From an uncultured delta proteobacterium (GTDB lineage: Bacteria > Desulfobacterota > Binatia > UBA9968), in the NCBI GenBank assembly GCA_963737905.1, contig CAVTUQ010000025.1, positions 288,001 through 352,000 of the forward strand: DNA of 64,000 nt, read 5' to 3'. Made by a program: the position numbers and the translations under genes. Numbering within the stretch: position 1 is the stretch's first letter; each line of letters opens with the position of its first letter. Below, one piece after another: positions 9,884-19,920 of the stretch. The notes beneath the pieces were generated by a model, which had not been told where the DNA came from, ran no database searches, and saw only the letters and a list, made by a program, of their open reading frames with translations.

Positions 9884-10191
9884 GGCTCGCCCCATTTAGA
9901 TTCAAATTCGGCAAGCTTCCGGTCGATTTCCTCTTTTGTGAGGATATTCTTCTCGACCAGAACAGTTTCAATGCTCGCAATCCAACGCTCGTAGTAAGTC
10001 ATGTCGCGGTAGGCCGCGGAATCCATCTCCTCTCGTGCCCGGCGCATCTCGTCGGTCCGTTTGATCCCGTTGGCTCCGAGCGCCTGATTGACCGCGTCTG
10101 CGAGGATTTCCCAATCGGAAAGTTCGTGTTCAGTCTGATCGATCTTTCCGGCACCGGGCAACCCGCCGATATCGTGATGTCCCCTCGGCAC
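9880..10191 (-). CDS. Nitrile hydratase beta N-terminal domain / thiocyanate hydrolase beta-like subunit
   Basis: HDIGG, WE, DEMRR, YYERW and LVEK motifs. Confidence 0.88.
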   Translation of the reverse strand: MPRGHHDIGGLPGAGKIDQTEHELSDWEILADAVNQALGANGIKRTDEMRRAREEMDSAAYRDMTYYERWIASIETVLVEKNILTKEEIDRKLAEFESKWGEP

Positions 10192-10203
10192 GATTAACTC
10201 CGT

Positions 10204-11976
10204 CTAACTATTGAGTCTGCTCGCGAGCGCTTTGTGTTCTTCCTTGATACCAGCCGGCAGGCGATCGCCGAAGGTATCGAAGAAATCGCTCTGGCTCTTG
10301 AGATTATTCTTCCAAGCCTCGCAGTCGACGGCCACCAGTTGATCGAGATCGCCCTTGGAAATTTCGAGTCCTTCGCCGCTCAGGCTCGACGCCTTGGGCA
10401 CATAGCCGATGGGCGTCTCATTGGCCTGGCCCCCGCCCTTGCAGCGCTCGATGATCCAGCGCAACACCCGCAAGTTTTCGCCAAAGCCGGGCCAGAGAAA
10501 CCGGCCACGCTCGTTGCGTTGGAACCAGTTGACGCGGAAGATCTTCGGTGGATTGCTGGCCCGCTTGGCCATTGATAGCCAATGGCTCCAATAGTCACCC
10601 ATGTTGTAGCCGCAGAACGGCAGCATCGCCATCGGATCTCGCCGCACCACACCCACGGCGCCGGTGGCCGCCGCGGTGGTTTCGGAGGCCAGTGTCGCCC
10701 CAAGAAAAGTGCCATGCTGCCAATTGAAGGATTGATAGACGAGCGGGATCATTTTTTGCCGGCGCGCCCCGAAAAGGATCGCGCTGATCGGCACGCCTTC
10801 GGGCTTCTCCCACTCTGAGGAGTAGCTCGGACATTGTTTTATCGACACAGTGAAGCGGGCGTTGGGGTGCGCCGCCGGGTGGCCGCCTTCGGGGTCCCAG
10901 GGCTTGCCGCGCCAATCCTGAGCATCGTTGGGCACGGGATCGTCGTGTCCTTCCCACCAGACGGTTCCGTCCGCTCGCAAAGCTACGTTGGTAAAAATGG
11001 TGTCTCTCGTGACTGTCTTCATGGCGTTTCGATTAGTATTCGATCCGGTCCCCGGCGCAACACCGAAGCAGCCGGCTTCCGGATTGACCGCCCAAAGTCT
11101 GCCGTCCTTGCCGACGCGCAACCAAGAAATATCATCGCCGATGGTGTGGATCTTCCAGCCTTTCATGCTTGGCGGCGGAACCAGCATCGCGAGATTGGTC
11201 TTACCGCAGGCGCTTGGAAAGGCGCCGCAGACATAGTGGATCTCGCCATCTGGGCTTTCCACCCCGACGATCAGCATATGCTCGGCGAGCCAGCCTTCTT
11301 GCTGTCCGAGTTTGCTGGCAATACGCAGAGCCAAGCATTTTTTCGCCAACAACGCGTTGCCGCCGTAGCCCGAACCAACGCTCCAGATGGTATTGTCCTG
11401 AGGGTAATGACAGATGAAGCGGCGCTCGATGTCGAGGTCGGCCTTGGAATGGAGACAACGGGTAAAATCGTCGGAACCGCCGAGATGATCGAGCGCGATC
11501 TGGCCCATGCGCGTCATGATACGCATGTTGAGCACGACATAGACGCTGTCGGTCACTTGAATTCCGACCTTGCTGAACGACGAGCCCCGCGCGCCCATGA
11601 GAAACGGAATGACATACATCGTGCGTCCTCGCATCGAGCCGGCATAAATTTTCGACAGCTTGTCGTAGGATTCCGCGGGGGCCATCCAGTTGTTGTTAGG
11701 GCCTGCATCTTCCTGCCGCTCTGTGCAGACGAAGGTCAAATTTTCGGTGCGCGCGACATCGTTGAGAGCGCTGCGATGCAAATAGCAACCTGGTAATTTC
11801 TTTTGATTCAGCTCGATTAGATCCCCGCACTGAAGGGCGATTTGTGTTAGTCGTTCACGCTCGTCCTCGGAACCGTCGCACCAGAAAACTTCGTCAGGCT
11901 GGCATAGTGCAGCTACATCTTTGACCCATTTCTGGACATGGGAATTGGACGGTACCGTTCCTGTTACTTTATTCAT
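10204..11976 (-). CDS. pckG: Phosphoenolpyruvate carboxykinase (GTP)
   Basis: FPSACGKTNLAM, GDDI, GWLAEHM, DPMAMLPFCGYN motifs. Confidence 0.97.
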   Translation of the reverse strand: MNKVTGTVPSNSHVQKWVKDVAALCQPDEVFWCDGSEDERERLTQIALQCGDLIELNQKKLPGCYLHRSALNDVARTENLTFVCTERQEDAGPNNNWMAPAESYDKLSKIYAGSMRGRTMYVIPFLMGARGSSFSKVGIQVTDSVYVVLNMRIMTRMGQIALDHLGGSDDFTRCLHSKADLDIERRFICHYPQDNTIWSVGSGYGGNALLAKKCLALRIASKLGQQEGWLAEHMLIVGVESPDGEIHYVCGAFPSACGKTNLAMLVPPPSMKGWKIHTIGDDISWLRVGKDGRLWAVNPEAGCFGVAPGTGSNTNRNAMKTVTRDTIFTNVALRADGTVWWEGHDDPVPNDAQDWRGKPWDPEGGHPAAHPNARFTVSIKQCPSYSSEWEKPEGVPISAILFGARRQKMIPLVYQSFNWQHGTFLGATLASETTAAATGAVGVVRRDPMAMLPFCGYNMGDYWSHWLSMAKRASNPPKIFRVNWFQRNERGRFLWPGFGENLRVLRWIIERCKGGGQANETPIGYVPKASSLSGEGLEISKGDLDQLVAVDCEAWKNNLKSQSDFFDTFGDRLPAGIKEEHKALASRLNS

Positions 11977-12106
11977 AGCGTCGATTTTCTCCCTTACAGA
12001 CTTGGCTCTCTACTTTTCAAACTATCCGATTGAGAACGGGGATGTCAACTAACCCATCGGCTCTCAATAAATGGCAACCAAAGTCCCAAAAAAGCGGCCG
12101 AGGATG

Positions 12107-13000
12107 CTATCCTCGGAACACCCGGACCAGACGCCAACGTCCACCGGGAATATCTTCAACCCACTCTACTAATGCAACCAACCCCCCGCAGGGGTCGAGG
12201 ATGCGCGCCAGCTTCTCGGCCCCGATCGGTTTATCTAACTCCCGCAAGATTTCTTGCTGCCCCAGACGGAGTCGAGCCAGCAGTTGGTTTTCCCAGGTAA
12301 CGGCTCGAAGATGGTCCAAGGCTTTTTCCAAAGAAAGGAGGAGAGCCTTTGAATCGACCCGCTCAAGCTCGTCCAAAGTCACCGCCCGATCTACCGTCAG
12401 ATGACCGCACGCGATTCGGCGGAGGCTTTTCAGATGCGCGCCGCAACCGAGAGATTGTCCCATGTCAGCCGCCAGAGTCCGAACGTAAGTTCCACGAGAG
12501 CAGGTCAACTCAATTTCGATCTCATCTTTGCCCAACTGATTCAGTTGAAGCCTTTCAACCCTGATGGAACGCGGTTCGCGCGGCACTTCTTTACCCTGGC
12601 GTGCCAGCCGATAGAGGGGCACCCCGTCCCTCTTGAGCGCCGAGAACATCGGCGGCACCTGCCGCAGGTCACCGGAGAATTGCTGTTCGAGCTTTTCAAG
12701 TTCCGCTTTTCCTAGAGTCGGCACGGCTCGTACTTGCACAATAGTTCCGGTGGCGTCCTGAGAATCGGTTTCTACTCCCAGGACCATGATGCCGCGATAG
12801 CTCTTGGCGGCGCTCAGGAATAGATCGGCAACCTTCGTCCCCTCATTAATTCCTAAAACCAACAATCCGGAAGCAAACGGGTCCAAGGTACCCAGATGAC
12901 CAACCTTCTTCGCTCCCAACAGAACCTTGACCCTGTGCACCACCTGTGCGGAGGAGGGACCTTCTAGCTTGTCGATCAAAAGGAGGCCGCTATCCACCAC
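12107..13000 (-). CDS. truB: tRNA pseudouridine(55) synthase TruB
   Basis: KVGHLGTLDPFASG, QVPPMFSALK, CSRGTYVR; downstream of rbfA. Confidence 0.97.
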   Translation of the reverse strand: MVDSGLLLIDKLEGPSSAQVVHRVKVLLGAKKVGHLGTLDPFASGLLVLGINEGTKVADLFLSAAKSYRGIMVLGVETDSQDATGTIVQVRAVPTLGKAELEKLEQQFSGDLRQVPPMFSALKRDGVPLYRLARQGKEVPREPRSIRVERLQLNQLGKDEIEIELTCSRGTYVRTLAADMGQSLGCGAHLKSLRRIACGHLTVDRAVTLDELERVDSKALLLSLEKALDHLRAVTWENQLLARLRLGQQEILRELDKPIGAEKLARILDPCGGLVALVEWVEDIPGGRWRLVRVFRG

Positions 13001-13063
13001 GATATCGCTCCGCTTAACGACCCTTGTACTGTAAAGCGATGATAGATTGATGAAAGGAAAGGT

Positions 13064-13405
13064 CTATTGCCTAACCTGTTTCAGAAGATTTTCGATCCGC
13101 TGCGCTTCATCTTGCGTCTCGTCGTAGAAGAACTCGATGGTTGGGACAAATCGAAGGTTCAATTGTTTGCCAATCTTTGAGCGAATAAATCCGGTGGCGC
13201 TTTGCAACCCCGCCAGCACGTCTTTCCTATTCTCACGGTCACCAAAAAGATTAAAGTAAACACGCGCGTGGCGAAGATCTTTGCTGACCTTAGCAGCCGT
13301 GATCGTGACCGCGCCGAGGCGAGGGTCACGGATTTCTCTTCTCAACAGTTCCGAGATCAACTCCACGAGCAAATCACCGACCCGGTCTGAACGTTGATAA
13401 TCCAT
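13064..13405 (-). CDS. rbfA: Ribosome-binding factor A
   Basis: R..RV, DPR, SKDLRHA, GFIRS, LRFVP; operon context. Confidence 0.95.
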   Translation of the reverse strand: MDYQRSDRVGDLLVELISELLRREIRDPRLGAVTITAAKVSKDLRHARVYFNLFGDRENRKDVLAGLQSATGFIRSKIGKQLNLRFVPTIEFFYDETQDEAQRIENLLKQVRQ

Positions 13406-13424
13406 GAGCGGTCACTAAGCTGCA

Positions 13425-13712
13425 TCAGCAATGATAGAACTCGATTTCGGCGCGGCCCACCTCGGCCAACCCCATATCGTCCACAAACTCCACGACCTTC
13501 TGGAGCATTGCGTCGAGGACGGGCTGACTTGTGCCGACGACGCCGAAGCCCAGGACTGCGCTTTGCCAGAGATCTTGGTCACCGCACTCAGTGACGGAGA
13601 TGTTAAATTGATTTCCAACCTGCGCCTGGATTCGTTTTAACACCCCTCGCTTTCCCTTCAAAGAGTGATTCTCGGGGAGCACAAGGTTGAGCTTGAGAAC
13701 CCCCACGACCAT
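13425..13712 (-). CDS. DUF503 (YlxP-like) protein
   Basis: SLKGKR, FNISVTE, QDLWQ; canonical position between infB and rbfA. Confidence 0.9.
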   Translation of the reverse strand: MVVGVLKLNLVLPENHSLKGKRGVLKRIQAQVGNQFNISVTECGDQDLWQSAVLGFGVVGTSQPVLDAMLQKVVEFVDDMGLAEVGRAEIEFYHC

Positions 13713-13751
13713 CGAGGCCGAGGGCGATGGATCATGATGTCGGCTTATCGC

Positions 13752-16523
13752 TTATCCTCTACTCGCGTGCGATGCTTCTCGTCCCCCGGCGGTGGTCGCG
13801 ATACGCCTTATCACGGGGATTTTCTCGTACGCTTCGACCACGTCTCCCTGCTTGATATCCTGGAAGCCTTCGATGGCAAGACCACATTCGTAACCGGCAG
13901 CTACCTCACGGACGTCGTCTTTGAAACGTTTGAGGCTGCCTAGCTTGCCTTCGTGTACGACCACCTGATCTCTCAGCAACCGTACCAAACTTCCGCGCTG
14001 GACTTTTCCTTCAGCGACATAGCAACCGGCAACCGTACCCGCGCCGGAGATATTGAAGACCTGGCGAACTTCAACCCGACCCATAATTTGCTCGCGGTAG
14101 GTCGGTTCCAACAGTCCTTCCATTGCTGCCCTCACATCGGCTACCGCTTCATAGATGATCGTGTACAAACGAACGTCCACCCCTTCTTTAGCCGCCAGCG
14201 AAGCTCCTTTGGCTTCCGGCCGAACATTGAAGCCAATCACAATGGCATTGGAGGCTGCCGCCAGCAAGATATCACTCTCGGTAATGCCGCCAACGGACCC
14301 GTGGATCACCCGGAACTTGACTTCGTCGCTGGAGAGCCGACCTAGAGCTTCCGTTAAAGCTTCTACGGAGCCCTGGACATCCGCTTTGAGGACGACCCGG
14401 AGTTCCCTCACATCGCCCGCTTTGATCTGATCGTAAAGTTCTTCCAGCGAAACCTTGCTCGACTTAACCAGCTCGGTCTCTCTTTGCTTGCTGTGGCGAT
14501 ACTCCGCAACCTGCCGCGCCTTTGCCTCGTCGGCAACCGCGACGAAAGAATCTCCAGCCTGCGGAACACCCTGCAGGCCAAGAATTTCCACGGGGAAAGA
14601 AGGCGAAGCCGCATCTACTTTACGTCCCCGATCATCGACCATCGCCCGCACCTTGCCATAGAATACACCGCAGACAAAGGCATCACCGACGTGCAAGGTC
14701 CCCTCCTGCACGAGCACGGTTGCCACCGGTCCGCGTCCACGATCGAGTTTGGCTTCAACAATCGTCCCGCGGGCAAGTTTGTTTGGATTGGCCTTGAGCT
14801 CGAGTATGTCCGCCTGTAACAGAAGCATTTCGAGGAGATGAGGAATACCCTCTTGGGTCTTCGCCGATACCGGCGCAAAAACCGTATCCCCCCCCCAGTC
14901 CTCCGATACGAGCCCGTATTCCGAAAGCCCCCTTTTCACCCGCTCAAGGTTGGCGTCTGGCCTGTCGATTTTGTTGATCGCGACGATGATGGGCACTTCA
15001 GCGGCGCGCGCATGGTTGATCGCCTCCACAGTCTGCGGCATGACACCGTCGTCCGCCGCCACCACCAGCACGACGATATCCGTCACCTGCGCACCGCGCG
15101 CCCGCATGGCGGTGAACGCTTCATGACCGGGAGTATCCAAGAAAGTTACACTGCGGCCGTCAACTTGCACATGATACGCGCCGATATGTTGGGTAATGCC
15201 GCCGTGCTCTTGATCCGTCACATGGGTGCTGCGAATAGCGTCGAGCAACGAGGTCTTTCCGTGGTCGACGTGGCCCATAATGGTGACCACCGGCGACCGC
15301 GGCATCAGTGCCGTCTCCTGTTCTTCCACCTGGTGCTCGACTTCAAGAGCGCTGTCGGCGTCGAATGCGACATTCTCTACTTGATGGTCGAACTCCGAAG
15401 CAATCAGGGTCGCGGTATCCGCATCCAAAACCTGATTAATCGTCGCCATCATCCCGAGCCCCATTAATTTCTTAATGACCTCCCCGGCCTTGACACCCAT
15501 GTCACGCGCCAAGTCACCGACGGTAATGACTTCGGAGATTTTAATAATGCGCTTGCTGGCCCTGGGAACAGTAATCTCGGTTTTTCTTTGCTCTTTTCCG
15601 GGGAGCGCTCTCTTCTTTCTCGGGATACGCCCGGAGCGAAGCTCTTTTTCTCGAAACTCCAAGACATCTTGTTTCTTGACGACGCGCTTCTTGTGGCGGC
15701 CGGCCTTGGCTGGTTTCTCCCCTTCGGCTCCTTCTGGCTTGGGGGCCTCGCCTTCGCGAGCGGGTTTGAGAGTGTCTGCCGCCGGCCTCTGAGTTACCAC
15801 CGGTGCGCCGGGTACCGGACGCCGAGCTACGGGTGTCGGCGCCGGCTCGACTCTCGTTGTTCGCCTAAGATCGATACGGCCCAGGATCCGCGCACCGCGG
15901 GGTGCTTCTTCTTGAACGGGCGCTGGTTTTTCTTCTGCGCCCGGCTTGGGAGCGGGTTCTTCTGGCACCCCCTGCACCGAAGGCGCCGCTTCTGCTGTCA
16001 CTTCCTCAGTACCAAGAGGTTCTTCCTGAAAAACCGCATCCATCTCACCCACCAGGTGATCTGGCATTTCAATTTCAGGCGTAGATTGATCCGGCAATTC
16101 CTCGGCAGGTGCAATCGGTGCTGCCGTTTCTTCGATGGCCGGGGCGGGTGTTTTCTCGAGGCCGGGCTCGACTCCCGTCTCGGGTCTCTCAACCACCTGC
16201 GCAGCCACCTCGACCCGGCTGGTGCGGCGGCGAATGACATTGGCTCGAACCCTTCGCTCCACCACCGTTTCCCGAGCCTGAATTTCTCCGAGGTTCTCAT
16301 CCTCTGCGGTCACGACACGGTCCGCGACGACTTTTTCTTCGCCAACGTGGACCTGAGGCTTCTCTTGTCCTGCTAACACCGCCCTGAGACGAGTTACTTC
16401 GTCATCTTCCAGGGAACTCTGAGCCTTACGGCCGCGAATTCCCAGTTTGTCAAGCTGGGCAATGAGATCCTTGGTCTCGATTCCAAGTTCCTTAGCCAAT
16501 AAATGGACTCTCGTTTTTCCCAT
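13752..16523 (-). CDS. infB: Translation initiation factor IF-2
   Basis: [39 protein letters not shown]. Confidence 0.99.
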   Translation of the reverse strand: MGKTRVHLLAKELGIETKDLIAQLDKLGIRGRKAQSSLEDDEVTRLRAVLAGQEKPQVHVGEEKVVADRVVTAEDENLGEIQARETVVERRVRANVIRRRTSRVEVAAQVVERPETGVEPGLEKTPAPAIEETAAPIAPAEELPDQSTPEIEMPDHLVGEMDAVFQEEPLGTEEVTAEAAPSVQGVPEEPAPKPGAEEKPAPVQEEAPRGARILGRIDLRRTTRVEPAPTPVARRPVPGAPVVTQRPAADTLKPAREGEAPKPEGAEGEKPAKAGRHKKRVVKKQDVLEFREKELRSGRIPRKKRALPGKEQRKTEITVPRASKRIIKISEVITVGDLARDMGVKAGEVIKKLMGLGMMATINQVLDADTATLIASEFDHQVENVAFDADSALEVEHQVEEQETALMPRSPVVTIMGHVDHGKTSLLDAIRSTHVTDQEHGGITQHIGAYHVQVDGRSVTFLDTPGHEAFTAMRARGAQVTDIVVLVVAADDGVMPQTVEAINHARAAEVPIIVAINKIDRPDANLERVKRGLSEYGLVSEDWGGDTVFAPVSAKTQEGIPHLLEMLLLQADILELKANPNKLARGTIVEAKLDRGRGPVATVLVQEGTLHVGDAFVCGVFYGKVRAMVDDRGRKVDAASPSFPVEILGLQGVPQAGDSFVAVADEAKARQVAEYRHSKQRETELVKSSKVSLEELYDQIKAGDVRELRVVLKADVQGSVEALTEALGRLSSDEVKFRVIHGSVGGITESDILLAAASNAIVIGFNVRPEAKGASLAAKEGVDVRLYTIIYEAVADVRAAMEGLLEPTYREQIMGRVEVRQVFNISGAGTVAGCYVAEGKVQRGSLVRLLRDQVVVHEGKLGSLKRFKDDVREVAAGYECGLAIEGFQDIKQGDVVEAYEKIPVIRRIATTAGGREASHASRG

Positions 16524-16526
16524 CTC

Positions 16527-16805
16527 TTACTCTCCGTATCGCTCCCTCAATTCTAGAATTATTTTTCCCCTTACATCCTTGCCGATTTCGACATGAAATG
16601 CCCGATGAAGACTCTTTCTCCGCAAAAAAGCCTGCCAACAGGAATGAACCGGGTGGAGATATCCTCCCCGACCGTTACCCAACCAGTCCATTTTCAGCTC
16701 ACCCTGTTCGCCGACGACCAGGCGAATTAATCTATTCTGCTCCTCTCTCTCGCCACATCCCAAGCATGTCCGTCGTGGACGATGGCCTCGTTTCGACAAA
16801 GGCAC
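16527..16805 (-). CDS. ylxR: YlxR (DUF448) family RNA-binding protein
   Basis: P.RTCLGC, LIRLV, GRGGY; between nusA and infB. Confidence 0.9.
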   Translation of the reverse strand: MPLSKRGHRPRRTCLGCGEREEQNRLIRLVVGEQGELKMDWLGNGRGGYLHPVHSCWQAFLRRKSLHRAFHVEIGKDVRGKIILELRERYGE

Positions 16806-16807
16806 AC

Positions 16808-18154
16808 CTAGGATTCCTGAGGTTGTTTTTCCTCCACTGATTGCACTTCTAATTGCACTTCGCTGATGGCCGCCGCTGCTTCGGCTGCGGCTTGTGCCTC
16901 TTGTTCCTTCTTCCGCTTCTCGGCTATGTATTCCTTGGCGGATTTGTGCAATGCCTCGGCTTTATCCTTGCTTACGCCTTCGACATCGAGGATGTCTTCC
17001 AATTCGCTGTCGGCCACTTCCTCGGCAGATTTGAATCCAGCCTGGTACAGGAGCTCGGCCGCAAAATCGTTGATGCCGGGGATAGCTCCGATCGACTGCC
17101 GCGCCTGGCGTGTCTCTTCTTCGGCCTCAGCTTCGCTGCGCACATCGATCCGCCAGCCGGTCAGGCGCGACGCCAGGCGGACGTTTTGGCCCTTCTTGCC
17201 GATGGCAAGAGAGAGCTGATCGTCGGGAACAATAACCTCCATGCTGTGCTCGTCGTCATCGATGATAATTTTAGAAACTTTTGCCGGCGCCAGAGCCCGG
17301 CACACGTATTCGGCTTGATCGGGTATCCAGTGAACGATGTCGATTTTCTCGCCGCGCAACTCCTGAACCACCGACTGAACCCGCGTCCCCTTCATGCCAA
17401 CGCAGGCCCCCACAGGATCGACATCGGGATCATTGGAGACAACGGCGATCTTCGCCCGACCTCCGGGCTCACGCGCCGCGCCTTTAACTTCCACGATGCC
17501 TTCGTAGATTTCCGGAACTTCCTGCTCAAAAAGTTTTGTGAGCATGCCGGGATGGGTGCGCGACAGGACAATCTGCGGACCGCGACTCGTGATCTCCACG
17601 CTCACAATGTAGGCTCGAATCCGATCTCCTTGCCGGTATCGTTCCCTCGGCACTTGCTCCTTTTCCGGGAGAATGGCATCGGTGCGTCCCAGATTCACAA
17701 TTATGTTACGTTTCTCGAAGCGCTGCACAATGCCGTTGACCAACTGTCCTTCTCGCCCCTTAAACTCGTTATAGATAATCTCCCGCTCCGCATCTCGAAC
17801 ACGTTGGACAATATTTTGTTTGGCCGCTTGCGCGGCGATGCGCCCGAATATGCTGGAATCCAGTTTGCTCAGAAGCTCGTCGCCGATCTCGGCATCCGGA
17901 TCAAGAGCCTCTCGAGCCTCCTGCAAGGTCACCTCCACAGCCGGGTCTTGCACGTTTTCCACCACGGTTTTGGCTTCGAAGAGCTCCACCTCGCCGATCT
18001 CTGGATTGAACTGGGCCTCGATCTTTCGTTGATGACCGAAAGTCTTCTTGGCCGCTGAGATCATGGCATTTTCCAAAGCGCTGATGAGGATAGACTTGTC
18101 GATGCCTTTTTCTTTGCTTACTTGTTCGATAACTCGATTGAGATCCTGCTGCAT
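16808..18154 (-). CDS. nusA: Transcription termination/antitermination factor NusA
   Basis: FGRIAAQAAKQ, AREPG.RAKIAV, DPVGACVG, AIGKKGQNVRLA. Confidence 0.98.
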   Translation of the reverse strand: MQQDLNRVIEQVSKEKGIDKSILISALENAMISAAKKTFGHQRKIEAQFNPEIGEVELFEAKTVVENVQDPAVEVTLQEAREALDPDAEIGDELLSKLDSSIFGRIAAQAAKQNIVQRVRDAEREIIYNEFKGREGQLVNGIVQRFEKRNIIVNLGRTDAILPEKEQVPRERYRQGDRIRAYIVSVEITSRGPQIVLSRTHPGMLTKLFEQEVPEIYEGIVEVKGAAREPGGRAKIAVVSNDPDVDPVGACVGMKGTRVQSVVQELRGEKIDIVHWIPDQAEYVCRALAPAKVSKIIIDDDEHSMEVIVPDDQLSLAIGKKGQNVRLASRLTGWRIDVRSEAEAEEETRQARQSIGAIPGINDFAAELLYQAGFKSAEEVADSELEDILDVEGVSKDKAEALHKSAKEYIAEKRKKEQEAQAAAEAAAAISEVQLEVQSVEEKQPQES

Positions 18155-18155
18155 A

Positions 18156-18623
18156 TTAAGCGCTCCAATCGTGCTCGTAATTCGACTTTTCAATCATGGA
18201 AAGTGGAATCTGATAGCGTTTTCCTTCCTGCGTCAAAATCACACTGTCTCCCACCACCTGGCCCAGAATTCCCAGAAACGATCTCCGGCCATCGATCAAA
18301 TCCCGGGTGCGAACGCGAATTCGCTTGCCGACAAACCGGGCAAAATGCGCCGCTTTTTTGAGCGGGCGATTGATCCCGGGGGATGAAACTTCCAGGGTGT
18401 AGGCGCCGTCGATCGCATCTTCTGCGTCCAGCAGCTCGCTCAGCTGGCGGCTTATCCGGCTCAAATCATCGACATTCGGCCCCCCCTCTTTGTCCAAATA
18501 CAGCCGCAGCACTCGTCCGCCGCGGCTTCCCTCGTGCCGAAACTCGATATCCACAATCTCCATTCTCTCGCCTTCGACTAGCGGGCCCGCGAGCTGCCAG
18601 ACTCGCGTGAGGGTCGCATCCAT
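18156..18623 (-). CDS. rimP: Ribosome maturation factor RimP
   Basis: LRLYLD, YTLEVSSPGINRPL; start at MDATL. Confidence 0.95.
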   Translation of the reverse strand: MDATLTRVWQLAGPLVEGERMEIVDIEFRHEGSRGGRVLRLYLDKEGGPNVDDLSRISRQLSELLDAEDAIDGAYTLEVSSPGINRPLKKAAHFARFVGKRIRVRTRDLIDGRRSFLGILGQVVGDSVILTQEGKRYQIPLSMIEKSNYEHDWSA

Positions 18624-18640
18624 CGCAATTCCAAGTCCCA

Positions 18641-18669
18641 AAAACAAAAAAAGCGGGCAAAGCCCACTT
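18641..18669 (-). promoter_or_regulatory. rimP leader hairpin / attenuator-like terminator
   Basis: Minus strand AAGTGGGC-TTT-GCCCGCTTTTTTTGTTTT immediately 5' of rimP, the usual position and shape of the rimP leader. Confidence 0.65.
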
Positions 18670-18806
18670 CGAGTGTAAACTCCTAAAGTGTAAGATTTTT
18701 TTACCACAGCGCCCACCGGAATTGCAAGGCCCGGAGCGCGCCCGCGGTGCGTTTGCTTGCCGGGGTAGATTTGCTATGATTTTCCGAATTCACACGCGTC
18801 TATGCC

Positions 18807-19916
18807 ATGAAAGTATTAAACCTTCACAGTAAACAGTCACCGTCCAAAATCTCCTGGGACCAGATTCTTGCCGCCATGGAAGATGGCGTCATCACGGTGG
18901 ACCGGGACGGAAAGGTCTCTTATTTCAACGAAGCCGCTGAGATGCTCACGGAACTTTCTGCATCCCAGGCGATCCAAAAACCCGTGATCCAGCTCTTCAA
19001 GCGAGAGCATTGGCTCATAGAACTGGTCAAAAAGAGTCAACCGCCACGACAGGAAAGCACGCGGGGCGAAGGCGAGTTGGTGACGCGCTGGGGACACAAG
19101 GTGCCCGTCAGCCTCACGGTTTCTCCTCTGCAAGACCGGCACGACAATTTTCTAGGTAGCATCCTCGTCCTACGGGATCTGAAGCATCGGAAAGAACTAG
19201 AAGAAGATCTGAAACGAGCGGATCGTTTAGCCATGGTCGGAACTTTGGCCGCCGGCCTGGCTCATGAAATTCGTAACCCCTTGGGAGGTATCAAAGGCGC
19301 CGCTCAGCTGTTGAAGCGCTGCTTGGATCGCGATTCATCGTTGCTGGAATTTGCCAACATTATGATTCGCGAAGTCGATCGGGTGGACAAACTCATCGAG
19401 CAGCTTCTTGATCTATCTCGCCCGGCAAAACTTGAACTCACGGCGGTGAATATCCACGAGGTGTTGAATGACGTTTTATTGCTGGAAGCACAAGCGGCGG
19501 AAGAGTTGAGCATCGTTGTTAAAAAACGTTTCGATCCCAGCCTGCCTCCGATCCGCGGAGACCGAGCCCAATTGACGCAAGTTTTTCTCAATCTCGTGAA
19601 AAACGCCCTGCAGGCGATGAACGGGGGCGGCGCTTTGACCGTCACGACACGGCTGGAAACCGACTTTCACATCCGCGGTCAAGGAACCGAGCGCAGTCGG
19701 CTAATTTGGGTGGACATCGAGGATCAGGGAGTCGGAATCAAAGAGGAAAACCTTCCCCATATCTTCTCCCCTTTCTTTACCACCAAGAACAGCGGTACCG
19801 GTCTCGGGCTCGCGGTTTGCTATCGAATCGTCAACGAGCACGGCGGTCTCATCCGCGTGGAGAGCGTCGAAGGGAAAGGAACCACCTTCAGGATTTCTCT
19901 CATGGAGGCAAATTAG
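18807..19916 (+). CDS. ntrB: PAS histidine kinase, NtrB/GlnL-like
   Basis: LAHEIRNPLGGIKGAAQLL H-box typical of NtrB; N, G1, F, G2 boxes. Confidence 0.82.
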   Translation: MKVLNLHSKQSPSKISWDQILAAMEDGVITVDRDGKVSYFNEAAEMLTELSASQAIQKPVIQLFKREHWLIELVKKSQPPRQESTRGEGELVTRWGHKVPVSLTVSPLQDRHDNFLGSILVLRDLKHRKELEEDLKRADRLAMVGTLAAGLAHEIRNPLGGIKGAAQLLKRCLDRDSSLLEFANIMIREVDRVDKLIEQLLDLSRPAKLELTAVNIHEVLNDVLLLEAQAAEELSIVVKKRFDPSLPPIRGDRAQLTQVFLNLVKNALQAMNGGGALTVTTRLETDFHIRGQGTERSRLIWVDIEDQGVGIKEENLPHIFSPFFTTKNSGTGLGLAVCYRIVNEHGGLIRVESVEGKGTTFRISLMEAN

Positions 19917-19920
19917 CACT

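Noticed and set aside
16853-18058. Long antisense ORFs (also 10834-11796, 15588-16376, 29571-30653, 34324-35253, 37197-38015, 50886-51749)
   Set aside because: Shadows of well-supported genes on the opposite strand in GC-rich DNA; no motifs.
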